Source: the human T2T-CHM13v2.0 reference genome, Homo sapiens. Taken from it: a DNA stretch of 64,000 nt. Below are positions 30,941 through 44,646 of the stretch, in pieces. Position numbers and translations under genes: made by a program. The stretch lies in the NCBI RefSeq assembly GCF_009914755.1, contig NC_060926.1; one strand, written 5' to 3'. The notes beneath the pieces were generated by a model that saw nothing but the letters and a program-made list of their open reading frames with translations, was not told the DNA's origin and searched no databases. Each line of letters begins with the position of its first letter. The stretch's first letter is position 1.

Positions 30941-32539
30941 AGAACCATTTCATGATTGCGTGGCTACTCAACGAGGCCTTTATATCTGAAAACTCAAGAT
31001 CTCTGCCATGGGGATTTTCCTTGTTTTCTTTCTTTGGGAATTTTCTTTCTTCCATTTGCTCTACTCTCGCTACTTCTTCAGAAACTCCTATTAGTTGATT
31101 ACTAACTCTCCTGAATTCTTTATTTTTTTTTAACAAAATCTTTTATCTTCTTTTCTCATCTCTTTATAATTTATGGGACATTACCTCAATTTTACATTTT
31201 AACTTTCAAAGTAAACTTTTTATTTATTTTTTAAAATAGATATTCGTGTTCTCTGAATGTTTCTTGGGTTATGAATACAATATATTTTAATGTTCTTTCT
31301 GTTCTTTTCTGTCTGATGACAAATTATAGGTTTTTAAAAAGATTGCTCCTCTTTCCAGAAATGTTTCTGCTTCCTCTGAGCTTCTTTTGCCCCCTGGTAA
31401 GGCTGGTTTGTTTGCTTGGTTTCTGCCATGTTGTTTACTGCTTGCCTTCAGTGGCCGGAGTCCTTGGCTGTTCACGCATACATCCCAGACATTGGTGCCT
31501 GGAGGCCCTTTATCTTGAATCTGTTGGTTCTAGAGAAGAGGCCCCTGCTCTGTCTGGAGTGGCGGGGAGTGGAGAAGGCAGAGGAGCAGGAGGAGCCGCT
31601 GGATTCCCGGAGCCACACGGGACCAAGGCCTTGGGGCCTGTCCATCTCACTTGACGTTCCCATCTTCAGTACAACGGCTCATCCTGTTTCCAGCTCTTCC
31701 TAGCACTAGCTCCAGAGCTTCTGTTCTAGCTTATCCTTCTGCCGGGGAGAAGGAGGCCTGTGGCAGGGCATCCGGGAGTCGAACCCCTCTTAGACAATTC
31801 AACTACTCCTCTGTTTTCCGACCAACTCTGAATCCCCACTCTAGGTCCCAGCCTCTTTTCTATGGAGGTTCTGCATGCTCTTCACTCCTCTTTTTCTGGG
31901 TTCTTTCTTCACTCTTTCTCTCCACCCCCATCCTCTCCCTCCCCAACAGCTCCTCTGCAGGGAGCTGAGGCCTGAGCCATGTGTGCTTGGGCTGGGTGGC
32001 TCCCAGTGCTTTGTGGATGGGATGGTCTGCACTTCCCTTCCTTATTTAGTTATTTAGTTGCATTATATTTGTGGGTTTATAAGAGGAGAGTGGGTCATTT
32101 TAGTAGTGTTTTAAGATTTAGTGGAGATATATGTGATTTCAGTCTGCAGAGCTTGGCTAGGATTCCCAATAGAGATGCCTAATAAACCCAGTATTGAGGA
32201 ACACACGTGCACCTTTCTGCAAGGTGTCTGCCATCTTTGTGTGGGTTGGGTCTGTTTCCTGGAGAGCGCAGGGTGTGTCCACTGTCAGCCCCTCTTCCCC
32301 AGGGATGCTCCTGCGTGCTCAGCAGGCACTTGGCTGCCACAGGATGGCGAGGGCTGGCCCTGGGACCACATGGATCTGAGGGTGGAGGCAGAAGTGTGGC
32401 CTACAGCCTGTGTCCTTCGAGAGGGTCCCCTTCCTTCCTCCAGGGACAGGATGGCTGTTGTGGTAGCAAACTCACCCTGAGGTGGTCTCCGAGTGTCAGG
32501 GGCTGAGGTGCAGGACCCGGATATCTGGGTCCCTGGCAG

Positions 32540-32654
32540 TCAGAAGCCACCGCCTCATGGCTGCTGCTGTGTCCACGGTGAAACCCTCCTCTCCTGTGAA
32601 GGAGCCACTGCCTCACCAGGGCTGCTGTGTCCACAGTGAAACCCTCCTCTCCTG
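32540..32654. repeat. Two-copy tandem duplication, about 58 bp
   Basis: AGCCAC.GCCTCA..GCTGCTGTGTCCAC.GTGAAACCCTCCTCTCCTG occurs twice. Confidence 0.75.
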
Positions 32655-33358
32655 GAGGGTTTCTCTTTCTCAGGAGCAGCTGCTTGCTGCTGAGGACTGA
32701 GTGTAATCCTAGCAGAAGGGAAATGTTTAGTTTTGTTTCTCCTTTTGCTTGCCTCTCAGGAGCCTCGGTTGTTAACGTTATCACTGCTGTGGCTTGGCTG
32801 TGTCTCCTGAAGGGATATGTTGATGGCCTGGCCCCTACACCTGTGAAAGGGACCTTATTGCACCTCGTTTTCTTTTTAACATGTGAACCATAACTCTTCT
32901 GCAAATGTGAGCTTTTGCCCTAAGCTCCTCAAATGGCATCGACACGTGGGAGGAAAAGATCCTCAATGAGGAGACACCTGTCCTGCTGCACAGCCCTGTG
33001 GCAGCTTGGCCTCCCCAGGCAGACCCAGCAGGGGCACCCAGCTGGTGGTGCTGGCTGTTATAGTCGTGGTGGTTGTGGTAGTGAGGGCTGTTGCTGCTGT
33101 TGTCAGAGCTGTGGCTGTGAGGCTGTTGTTGCTGTGGTTGTGGCTGCAACCTTCATTGTCATAGATATAGCTGTGGCAGCTGTAGTTGTAGCCTTCTCTC
33201 CACTTGGGGCACTCAGGTCCACCCTATCTGGCTCAGGGCTTCGGCTCCGGGGTCCTGGAGGAGGGAGCAGGCAGTGGGCTGGAGTGGGTGTGGTTGACGC
33301 TGGAGGGCAGCCTCTGAGCAGCTCCCCCAGGACGGAAGCGAAGGCTGCAGGCGGGGCT

Positions 33359-33608
33359 TGGGTCAGGCTCCTGGGAGAAGCAGTGACGAGGCTGGGTGCC
33401 TGCAGGAAGACCCTCAGCTGGCTGCATGTTCAGCCCTGCAGGTGGGTCGTGCTCCTGGGAGGAGCAGCGATGAGGCTGAGTGCCTGTAGGAAGACCCGTG
33501 GCTGGCCGCATGTTCAGCCCTGCAGGTGGGTCAGGCTCCTGGCACGAGCAGCGATGAGGCTGGGTCCCTGTAGGAAGATCCGTGGCTGGAGGCGTGTTCA
33601 GCCCTGCA
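33359..33608. repeat. 84-bp diverged tandem repeat, 3 copies
   Basis: TGGGTC at 33359, 33443 and 33527; each unit ends TGTTCAGCCCTGCA. Confidence 0.88.
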
Positions 33609-34486
33609 CTGCCAGTGGTGGCGGCCCTCGTCCCGTGTGGTCAAATTTACATTTATATTTACTGAAATCTAACAATTTTTAAAAGTTCTCTGTCACAGGA
33701 GCCAAACTTCAAGAGCTGAGTAGTCTCAGGTGTCCAGTGACCATTACGTGGCACAGTGTTGGCCTGGGCCTCGCCGTCCCTGGCACGACCCATGGGATGA
33801 GGCCGCGCCTCCCCCCCCAGCGGGGCCGCCGGGCAGAGGTGATGTGGGATGCTCAGTGACTTTTTAGGGAACGTGCCAAGCCCTCTCCATGGGGGTTGGG
33901 GAACGTTTTTAGTTTGGATTCTAAACAGAGAGTGATTCTTGCTATGGAACAAATTTAAATAATAGCTAATAAAGCAGACTAGACTTACTAAACATATTCC
34001 TATGCTTAGGAGCCTGCATTAAGCATTTTAGATACATGACCCCAACCAATTCTTCCAACAATCTGTAATGTAGATTCAGTTTGGTATTTTCTCCACGTCT
34101 CTCTAGGGTTAGGTAATTTTGTGCCCAGCAGAGCAGGGCGGTGCTCTGTCCTCTGGGAAATACTGCCTTCCTGGAATGTTCCCTCCAACCCAGAGTGCTG
34201 AGAAGGCTGGCAGGATAGAGGCCAGAACATGTCTGACGTCAGCGCCAGCCTGGACGGAGAGCTCGGATCCCAGAGAAGGCTGAGCACAGGGAGGAGAGGG
34301 GCATGGGCCTCTGCATTTGAGCTGCTCTCGTCCTGAAGTTTGTGCCCTGGGCCCTGTGAGAACTCAGGGGCCAGCCTGTGACACCCCGGCCAGGCCATGC
34401 GAGGGTGGCGCCGGGACGCCGCCCTCTGCGGCTCCTTTGGGGAGCACTGACCAGCACTCAGGGATGGATCCGTGCAGCGAGTTGTC

Positions 34487-34592
34487 GAGAGGAGAGAGTG
34501 GAGGAGGACTCCGCAGTATCCCGGCTGATGCATATTGAGTCATCCAGAGGAGAGAGAGGGGGAGGACTCCGCAGTATCCCGGCTGATGCATA
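34487..34592. repeat. 58-bp-period duplication, 2 copies
   Basis: GGAGGACTCCGCAGTATCCCGGCTGATGCATA occurs twice. Confidence 0.88.
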
Positions 34593-37500
34593 ATTTGTTC
34601 TTCTTATGCATTTTACCACCATTTTGGCTAGCATTTGGTGCTTCAAGGAACAGCTGTTAGAAGCGAAAATCAGAGAAAAAGGCATTTGCGTTTCAAAGGC
34701 TTCGCTTTGTGGATGACACATCCCAGAGATAGGAGGAACTCCTGGCAGCAGCCATAGATTTGGAAGGATGCATCCCCATCAGGTAGCGGTGGAGGAATCT
34801 CCAGGGAGGAGACAGAGAAGGGAGAGGACAGGAGGGAGAGGAGTAAGGGGTTTGGATGCCTGTGGGTCCTCAGAGAGTGGCCTGAGAGCCAGACTTTCTC
34901 CCTTTCCCCTGAGAGCAACATGGAGCTGGGGAAAGAGACCTCAGACACGCCACTCCCCTGCCTTCCTGATGGCGACAGACACAGAGAGGCCTCAGGGCTG
35001 GGAGCCGGGAAGGTGGAGGAGCTGCCCATGAGGCTGGTGCTTTGGCAGGGAAAGGGGCCCCCCAGGAGCTGCCACCTGCCCCAAAGGTGCACCTGGGATG
35101 AAGATGGGGGGGAGGCACCACAGCGACCTAGTTATGGCGAGCAAGCTCTCACCATACAGTAGAGGAGGAGACAGAAATTAGTTCAGTTACAGAAAACAGA
35201 TACATTGGTAGAATTTACATGTTATAACATAATTCCATTAAAAAGTTGGCATACTCCTGAAAACCTACTTACTCTTCCCTTAAGAATCAAGTAATATTAT
35301 GTTTATTAGAAATTATTTGGAGAAATCAAAAGATTGGAATTACAGTCTTAGCTTCACACTAATTATGAGAACGTCAAAGTTTTTTGTTTGTTTAATTGAG
35401 ATTAATTCACATATGGGAACCCGCTTTTAAAAGATCAGGTTCCCCATCTCTTTATTGGATATAAGAATGATCCTATTTGTTTGTACTGTTAATTTTTTGT
35501 TTGTATATTGGTTTTCCCTATAAAATTATAACAGGCTAAGTTTCTTGGGACAGAGACTGTCTTGAAATTTTTATTTCTCTGAAGATCCTAGCGCAGTGGC
35601 TGGATAGTCCCCTTCCAGTGGGCAGAATGCTAAGGTGGCCCCAAAGTCTCCCCGTGTGCACCTGCCGTGCGTGGGCCTCTGTCCTTGAGTGTGGATGGTC
35701 CTGTGAACACAGTATAGTCATTGCCCCCATGATGGGGTGACATCCTATGAGACCCCAGCCCAGCTGCCAAGCAGTGAGGCCACCGGCTGTGTGGCCAGGA
35801 CCTGGGGGCCTCATCCGCGGAGGACGACTCTGCCCAACGTCCAGCAGGACAGTCGGGCCTGACAGCTGCAAGCTCAGGAGCTGAGTTCTGCCAGGAACCC
35901 GCATGAGCTGTGAGTTGGACTGTGAGCTCCAGGGGGGACGCCACCTGCAGAGGACCCCCTTAGGCCAGCCTGGGCTTCCACCATGGGAAAACTGAGCTAA
36001 TGACAGGGCCTGGGTTTAAGCTGCTTTGTTTGTGCCACTTTGGAGAACAAACTAGAAGACCGGCACGGTGCTCGGGCATGGGACACAGTTCGGCTTCCTG
36101 CGCTGGCGCAGAGGGCCCTGCTGAAGCTCAGTGCTTTCATTCAGCATCTGCTGAATGCTTGCCAGGTCCTGGGGAGGGCTGGGGGGCGGGCGAATGTGGG
36201 AGTGCTTCAGGAGGGAATCTTCCTGCAAAAACAAAGCAGGGTCGCGCTCCACCCTGGTCAGCGCTGGGCCAGAACACTGGGTTGTTTCAGGCAGAGGAGG
36301 TTGACCAGATGTCACCTCTCCCTGCTGCTATTCACAGGGCCCTTTGGGATTCACAGTTCGAGACAGATGTTGAATCTGACTCTTTCCCTCCCAATTGCTT
36401 CCCGTCAAACACTAAAAGATGGAGATTAAAGGAAAAGAAGCAAAGGGTCTGAGGTGCTTTTAGGACGCAGCACCGGGTACCGGGTCAGTGCAGGGCCGGC
36501 GTCGGGGAAAGCGGAGGGCTCCCCTTGGAGGGTGTCTGGGCCTGAGGCAGAGCAGGGAGCTGACTCCAAAGGTCAGAGAAGTCAAGTCCCTGAAGGCTTC
36601 CTTGTAAAGTGGTTCAGTAAGGCCAGTTTTCCACAGGAGTGGCGTGGGGGCAGGGGGAGCATGGGGTGGGGGTCGGGAATGTAATTCTCAGAAGTGAGGT
36701 TCCTCATGAGAGCAGGTGGTGGGGTGGGGTGGGGCTCACTGACTGAGTCCTGCTTTCTCCAGAGCAGATGCAGGAGGAGGCGCATCCTGGCGAGGATCTC
36801 ACTTTAGCAATCCCCACCCCTGCTGGTGCCCCAGACCCCTCCCCATCCTGCAGGGCTCTGGATGGGTCAACCTGCCTGGCCTCCAGGACTAGAGATCACG
36901 GCCTGGACACAGCGCAGCAACATTTCCTCTCTTTTCCCTGAGGTGGTGACCTGGCCAGATGACTGAAGGGCTGATAGTGAGGGGCTGCCAGCCCAGAATG
37001 GGGGCATGGGGCTTCGTAGGAGCTGGGGCACGGCAGGGTTCAGCCCTGGATGGAAATGCTCTCTGTCTCCCTCCCTTGTGCTGCATTTACTCCTGGGCTG
37101 GGGCCACCCTCCCTTCCACCTCCTGCAGATCACAGAGGGACCCAGAGCTCAGGAGAACTTTCTTCCTGTGTTATAAAACAAGGTATGCCATTGAAACATG
37201 CCTGGGTCAAACAGAAAGCTCCCACCGGGCCTGGAGGAGCCCCTGGCAATGTGGTCCTCATTCCCGCCACCCTCTGCCTAGAAGGGGATCTCAGAGAGTT
37301 GAGGGGACCTCTCTGGTTGGGAAAAGGGGAGCATCCAGGGAGCGCCAGGAGAGTCCTGGAGGAACATTCTGAGGTGACACGGCCCCAGGGCTCTGTCTAC
37401 GGCAGGGATCAGCATTGCTGACACACAAAATATTTATTCCCTGATGATGTGGAATTTGGAATCATCATCAGAGACTTCAGTGCAGAGCAACTGGAACCTC

Positions 37501-38047
37501 CTGAGTGTGCCCTGTCTATATATCTGGTCTCTGGACAGGGTGGCCAGTCCTTGTCCATGACAGGGAGAGCGAGGACCCCTCCCCTCCACACAATTGGCAG
37601 ACGAGGAACTACCCTCCTGGGGATCCAGAGGCAGGGCGCCCCCCTAGAGAGGACAGCTGGGGAGGGTCCCCTCACTGTACTTCCCCCACACCTCCAGACA
37701 CCAGCTAGTGATCTGTCCTGAGATCAAAACCAGAATCCTAGTAGATGAGCTGCATGCTTGCTGTGGACGCCCTGCGCCCTGAGAGTCTTGTCCTGGATCG
37801 CACGGGTGTGTCCACAAATGAGACCCAGCAGCCCTGGAGCAGCCCCAGCGTCTCTCCCTACTGGCAATGCATCCGGGAGCGTGGCTTGCCCTCCGAGTCA
37901 GTTCCCTCATCTCTAAAACAGGACCACACAGATCTCAGGGCGCGTTGGTTGAATGTTTACCTGTGTTGTGTAAAAACTATGGCTACTCAGCACCACAGAG
38001 AGGCAAGAGAGCATGCAGGCGTCCTGTTTGGGATCATGGGAGACCAT

Positions 38048-38205
38048 ATTCCCAGCTTCCTGGTACTAGGTGACACTGGGGGGCCTGTTTTACTTATGGA
38101 ATTCCCAGCTTCCCTAATGGTAGGTGACATCTTGGGGCAGGATTTACTTATGGAATTCCCAGCTTCCCAGTGTTAGGTGACACTGTGGGGTGGTTTTTAC
38201 AGATG
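38048..38205. repeat. Diverged tandem repeat of about 53 bp, 3 copies
   Basis: ATTCCCAGCTTCC..TAGGTGACA..GGGG..TTTAC occurs three times. Confidence 0.8.
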
Positions 38206-39063
38206 GAATGAGAAAGAGGTAAGGTGTGCTCCTCCAGATCCAGACCCTAAACACCTCCCTCTTGGGATCCTCCACGTTCTCTTCCTCTCTCTGTTATGGA
38301 ATAAAAACAACCGTATGAAAGTGTGTCGAAGGTGCCAGAGCCCTTCTCCCTGTTGCCTGTCCAGCACTGTGATGTGTGTAGACCTCAGCTCTGCTCAAAT
38401 AGTTTGAAGTGTGTTTGTCATGGCCGTCAGCCTATTCTCGCTAATCTTCCATTAAATGAGATGACTGATTTAAAAAATAGCTCACATAGTAAGTACTCAA
38501 TATGGTGATTTATTTTTGCAACAATTCCCTTGAGATATATCAAGCAAGACAAACATTCTATAAAAGGTTATGTTCTCATTTATAATGGACTAGAGAGGAA
38601 CCAAAAAATAAATAGAACAATTCACATGTTCCAGACAGAAAAGGTTTTAAGAGGGCCTAGGGAAGGACTTTAAAAAAATGTATGGTGGACGAGACTCTTA
38701 AGATATGAGTTACTTCTAAAAATACTTGTTTTTCAGAGTTAGAACTTTAAGTTTGGAGACTCTTCTTAAATTTCACTGAAGTGGAGTGAGAACTGAAGTG
38801 GTGGCAAAAAAGGATGCTCAGGGCACTGCACATGAGAGAGAAGTCTCAACAGCTGCAGAGGAACCTCCACTTCCCTCCCTCTTCTGCCCCATCCTCCCTG
38901 CATCTACTGGCTGCCCAGCGCTTGGTGAGGATCTCCCATGAAGATGGCGTTGGGCCTCTCACCTCTGGGGGTGCTGAGGACTGGGCAGAGCACTCCCTGG
39001 TTCCTTCTCCCCCAACTTTACCTCCTGACTTCTTTTGCTGGACTAGAATCTCTCACCTTCCAA

Positions 39064-39741
39064 CCTTCCCATACACCTGTGAACTGACCCTCCCATACAC
39101 CTGTGAACTGACCCTCCCATACACCTGTGAACTGACCCTCCCATACACCTGTGAACTGACCCTCCCATACACCTGTGAACTGACCCTCCCATACACCTGT
39201 GAACTGACCCTCCCATACACCTGTGAACTGACCCTCCCATACACCTGTGAACTGACCCTCCCATACACCTGTGAACTGACCCTCCCATACACCTGTGAAC
39301 TGACCCTCCCATACACCTGTGAACTGACCCTCCCATACACCTGTGAACTGACCCTCCCATACACCTGTGAACTGACCCTCCCATACACCTGTGAACTGAC
39401 CCTCCCATACACCTGTGAACTGACCCTCCCATGCACCTGTGAACTGACCCTCCCATGCACCTGTGAATTGACCCTCCCATGCACCTGTGAACTGACCCTC
39501 CCATACACCTGTGAACTGACCCTCCCATACACCTGTGAACTGACCCTCCCATACACCTGTGAATTGACCCTCCCATACACCTGTGAATTGACCCTCCCAT
39601 ACACCTGTGAATTGACCTTCCCATACACCTGTGAATTGACCCTCCCATACACCTGTGAATTGACCTTCCCATACACCTGTGAATTGACCTTCCCATACAC
39701 CTGTGAATTGACCCTCCCATACACCTGTGAATTGCACCTGT
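39064..39741. repeat. 24-bp minisatellite CCCATACACCTGTGAA(C/T)TGACC(C/T)T, 28 copies
   Basis: Exact 24-bp period from 39068 to 39716; source of the PYTCELTL pseudo-ORF. Confidence 0.97.
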
Positions 39742-40094
39742 CTCCTGGCAGGCCCTAGGTTCCTCACATCTGCACCCAGCGAACACATGGCTGCTTCCTG
39801 TTTCAACACAGACTTAAATCTCCTCTTATAAAATGTATTGAGTCAATGGTGCAGGAAAACTTTTCTTAGGAGCTGTGTGTGCAGCGCCGAGCGAGGTGCC
39901 CCAGATGTGCAGGAAGGAACAAAGGTCCCCACGCACAGACATTGCAATGGAGCATGACAGATGTAGCAGCTACTTAGTATCGGGTAGAAAGAGAAGGGAC
40001 AGTGTCTGCAGAGAGGAGGCTGGGGCAGTTTCACCAAGATCATCACAGGGATCGGAGTCAGGGAGAGATGAGATAGTGGAAAGGAGTCACTCAC

Positions 40095-40300
40095 GGGGGG
40101 TCAGGCAGCCTGGACCTGAGCCCTGGCTCCGTCACTCACAGGACCCCAGGCAGGAAGTTCTCTTCTCTTTGCCTCAATGTCCTGATCTTTAAAACAGGGA
40201 TAATTACAGAGCCCATTTCTTCAGGCTGCTGTGAGGATTAAGAAGGTTGGTATGCGGAGGTGCTTAGAGCTCTGTCTGGCCCATAATAAGTCCTGAACAG
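40095..40300 (+). mobile_element. MIR element
   Basis: GTCAGGCAGCCTGG..TGCCTCAATGTCCTGATCTTTAAAACAGGGATAAT..GGCTGCTGTGAGGATTAA..GTGCTTAGA..CTGGCCCATAATAAGT. Confidence 0.7.
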
Positions 40301-40348
40301 CCTCCACTGACATTGTCTGGAAGATAAGGAGGCATCACATGGCAGATG

Positions 40349-40530
40349 GGGAGATGGAGGAAAGGGTGTTCTCGGCACCCCGAAGGGCTCACAGGGAGAT
40401 GGAGGAAAGGGTGTTCTCGGCACCCGGAAGGGCTCACAGGGAGATGGGGGAAAGGGTATTCTCGGCACCTGGAAGGGCTCACAGGGAGATGTGGGAAAGG
40501 GTGCTCTTGGCACCCCAAAGGGCTCACAGG
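40349..40530. repeat. 45-bp tandem repeat, 4 copies
   Basis: GGGAGATGGAGGAAAGGGTGTTCTCGGCACCC.GAAGGGCTCACA. Confidence 0.93.
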
Positions 40531-41927
40531 TGTGAAACACCATGGGGATGAGGCAGCTTGGGATGGCTAGGAGGAGATGCTCCCAGAGACAGGAGGAAGG
40601 CCAGGCCTGGGGAACTGTGGAGGGTGGCAGGAGTCCTTCCCTCAGGAGCCTCTTCCCTGGGCCTAGGGGAACTGTGGAGTGTGCCTTCTCGCTCTGTCCT
40701 CGCCTGCTGGCTGGCTGCGGCCTCCCTCACAGGATCCTCCAAATTCCACAGCCCCTTGGTGGCTGGTGGCCTGGAGCTGCTCCCTCTGCACCTCCCGCAT
40801 GCACCTGCATGTCAATGGGGCTGGAGTAAGGCTCCCACGCTGCTGTCTTCCCCACATCCTGACAGCTGAGTGTTGGGGACAAAAGTGTGCCCTTCCCTCC
40901 AGTGGCCAACACATGGTCTCCAATTCCCTGTGTGTCCTTGGCATGGCCGTGATTCCCTTGGAATCCCCTCTACTGAAGGTGTCCCAGACACCACCACACC
41001 CTGCAACCCCACTCGGGTGCCCGACGCGTGTGTGAATGACTCCCATGAAGTCCTTGTCCAGATGGAGCAGATGGAGCTCTGCTCCGAGGACCCCTGGCTC
41101 CCCCCAGATGGAGCTCTGCTCTGAGGACCCCCAGCTCCCCAGTGCAGTTACAGCCACATTTGTCCAGCTTGTCTGTGGCTTCCTGACCTCCACCAAGATC
41201 TGTCTCCACCTGGTACTCCTGCTGCCTTCTGTATCTTTAAACCATTTCTTCCTCCTGGTTTCTCCTCTTCAGATAAATTCCAGACCCACATTTCTCTCTG
41301 CCTGTGAGGTCCTGCCCACTTCTGCGCCTTTCCAGCTACTGCCAACGTCGTTCCTCCCCTCTCGTCTGGTCTGCATTTCTAGAACCATTAGTCATGTCCT
41401 CTACAACCCCCTGAACTTTCCATCTGACTCTCGTCCTATCTCAGTCTGGTTTTGGTGCCTGATCTTTTCCCTAAACTCTCCACAAAGTGCCTCAGTTGTA
41501 TTCCCACGGCCAATGCCCCAAATGAGCCCAGCATCGTTTTGAACTCTCCGCCACACCGGCCTCTCGCCACTTTCCCAGTATTGTGTGTGTTCTTTTCTCT
41601 GGAAGCTTCTGCACATCATGGCGCCTGGCTCCCCTAATGCCACCATGCAACTCTGTCTTCATCACGGCCTCTCCGCCTCCACCTGTCACAAAACGTGTGT
41701 GTCTCCCAGGGGTGTCTTTGCTGATGCTCTTCCCCCTGGACCCCTGAGTCCCGGGGTGAACCTGCAGGGTCAAGTGTGACCTGAGTGCTGCTGATTTCCG
41801 ATTCCTACGCGGCTCTCCTCAGACACTTCCCGAGGCCCGTTACCAGCTGCTTGGTGGATATTCCCCCTTCAAAGTCCCACAGAATCTCAAGTTCACGTAT
41901 TTAAAATGAAATAACCATCTTTCCCCA

Positions 41928-42291
41928 CTTTTATGGTGTGAGTATTTGTGTCCCTCGAGGTTCCTGTGTTGAAGCCCTAACCCCTGGGTGTGTTTGGAGC
42001 TGGGGCCTCTAAGGGAATAATTCATGTAAATGGGCTTGTAAGGGTGGGGTCCTGATCTGATGGGATCAGAGTCCTTATGAGAGGAGATGCCAGCGAGCCT
42101 GCTCTCTCCCTGCCTTGTGAGGACACAGTGAGAAGGCCCCTGTCTGCCAACCAGGAAGAGAGGCCTCCCCAGAAACCAGATCAGCTGGAACCTGATCTCA
42201 GACTTCCAGCCCAGGGACAGGGGATAGAGGTCAGTTGCTCAAGCCACCTGGCCTAGGGTATTCTGTTGTGACGGCTGAGCAGACTAAGATA
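41928..42291 (+). mobile_element. MLT1A-like MaLR LTR, apparently inserted in a decayed L2
   Basis: GTGTTGAAGCCCTAACCCC..TGTGAGGACACAGTGAGAAGGC..CAGACTTCCAGCC..GCAGACTAAGATA. Flanks are pyrimidine-rich and end in an L2-like TGAATGAATGA at about 42908-42918. Confidence 0.8.
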
Positions 42292-44646
42292 CCCATGGCG
42301 TTCAAGGCTTCATTCTTTCCTTGTGTTCCCAACTGCCAGCATTGCCACCCGTGCAGCTGCTGGGGCTGGGGCCACCTCTCCTGCCGGGATTCACCCACAA
42401 GGCCCTGCTCATTCTGTTTCCTAAACAGTCCTCTAATCTGTCCTTCCTTTCATGTTGGAGGTCTAGCCCTCATCATGCCTCGCTTAGGTCTGCAGGAACG
42501 GCTCAACGTGTCTGCCTGCCCGTCCATTCCAGCTCTCCTCCGCGGCCACCAAGGTGGTGCATTCAAAGCCCGGACTCCAAGAGTCACTTAAAGCCCTCAA
42601 TGTAACCTTCCTCCCTGTGGTGAGCTGTGCCTTTTTTCAAAATTCAGCTCCTGTCTTGGCTCCTGAAGGGCCCTGGCCTGTTCACCCCATCTGGACTAGA
42701 CATTTCTCCTCTGTGTTGCTGATCGCTGGCCTGGCACCATGTTGCAGCATCTGTAATCTCCTTCACCCCAGTCCACAGCATTCTCTAAAAGATGGTCTCT
42801 TCTCTCCTCTAAAGAGCAGGCCACGGTACTCAACTTTGTAAACCAGACCTGGACGGAGATCATCGGTGCTGGTGGAGGCATGTCTGTCTGTGTCGGCCGA
42901 ATGAGATGAATGAATGACACGTCTGTCGGCGGCTTAGGGGGAGGGTGAGCTGCAGGTTGAGCTCTCCTCGGGCACAGACCCCAAGGGTCTCAAGTTCCTA
43001 GGAAGCCTCCTCAGATTTCTCTGAGTGTAAAGCCAGTGTCCCCCACAGTGTGTGCCAGTGGCATTGCATCTGTCCCGTGGTTGGCCTTGCCCCAGTGCCC
43101 GCATCCGAGGCTCTTATGTGAGTCTGTTCCCTCACTGTGAGGTTCTGGGCTCGGGGAGTGAGTGTTAGGTCTTACTCACCATCACCACCCTAGGCTCTGC
43201 TGCGTCTGCTATGTGGCTTGGCCTTAGCACCTGTCCAGAACGCTTGCTGGGGGTCTGCATGGGCCTCATGGTCCCTGGTCATGGCCTGGTACTGTCCTCA
43301 GTCTGTGTTCACCGGGACTGAGGACACCTTCCTGTCCTGAGCTGTCCGCTCTGCTGCTTCCTCATGTATACAATCAACATTTTCTACCTGACTTCTGTCG
43401 TTGTAGAATTCTCCCTGACTCCTCCGTCCTGGGCTTCTCCATGTGCCTCCAGTTCTCCCCCTCCTTTCTGGGAGGGATTGGCCTTTACACCTGACCTGAG
43501 GGTCTCATGATAGCTGCTTTTACAATCACAACATGGCATCTTCCCCAAAGGTCATGGCACCACGTATGTGTGTGCCCAGGAGCCGGGATGGGGCCTTGAC
43601 TTTTCATCTTAGACACTGCTTTTCTAGAAAGACCTTGCCAACCCTAAAGATAAAATGTTTTCTATTTCTCTTACATCAGTTCTGCTTTTTTCAGACACGA
43701 CTCAGCTCAGGGAGCAGGATCGGGGAAAGGAGCCCTCCTGCCTAACCCTCAACGCAGAAAGAGCAGCGGCTGCGCCAGGACTCCCCATGAAGTGAAGTGG
43801 AAACGATTTCACAGCAAATGGGGTGGATGGCCAGGGGCTCCTGTCAGGTCTGAGACCCGGGGCCGGGAGTGGGCTGGGCATGTGAGCAGGGCCCCAAACC
43901 ATGGGCATTGGTTCCTGCTTCCTCTACTGTTTCTATTTTGGCACCTGCTTGAAAGCAGTTCTTCATCATCTGGCTAGATTGTCACAGTTTGGGGTAAAAG
44001 AGAAATAAAACAGGCAACTTCTATTTCAATCTGTTCTTGCTGCTGCTTCTAACCGCTGCTTTGTTTGCGCAGTGGGTGGGATGCACAGGGGCCCTCCAAA
44101 CTCCAATCTTGACGTGCCCGCGGGGGCTTTGTGGGAGGCTCCTGCTAACCAGGTTTGGGAAAACCACCAGGCAGTCCTGGCAGTCTGGGCAAGGCCAGGG
44201 CTTCCAAGGAAAGAGAAATGTCTAAGACTTCCTAATGAGTGTATTTCTGTGCGCTTAGCTGTGTTCTTGCTGGGTATTCATATTATTACACTTTCAGAAA
44301 ATAATATTCTGCCTATCTATTAAAATTGATGAAGGCTTGCTCAACAGAGAAAAACCATAGTCAACACATGATGGAATATTATTCAGTCTCAAAAGGGAAG
44401 GAAGCTTGGATACGTGCTACAACCTTGAGGACATGGGGCTCCATGAAATAGGACGGTCACAAAAAAGCAAACCCCATGGGATTCTACTTATAGGAGGTCC
44501 CTAGAAGCATCAGATTCACAGAGGCAGAAAGCACAGTGTGGGTGCCAGGGGCTAGGCAGCTGAGGAAGGGCGAGTCAGTGTTGAATGGAGACAGTGTTTC
44601 AATGGAGACGGAAGAATTGGAGAGATCAGTTCCACAACAGTGTGAA

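Noticed and set aside
32933-33682. 249-aa ORF with Cys-rich and hydrophobic stretches (keratin-associated or membrane protein-like)
   Set aside because: Comes from GT-rich low-complexity DNA plus an 84-bp tandem repeat, antisense within an intron; no recognisable family.
39064-39741. MYT1L autoregulatory array in the 24-bp repeat
   Set aside because: Units contain CAGTT, not the AAAGTT core bound by MYT1-family fingers.
38814-39809. Long ORFs (314, 263, 247, 223 aa) with PYTCELTL-type repeats
   Set aside because: Open in several frames on both strands only because a stop-free 24-bp unit is repeated; no splice or domain support.
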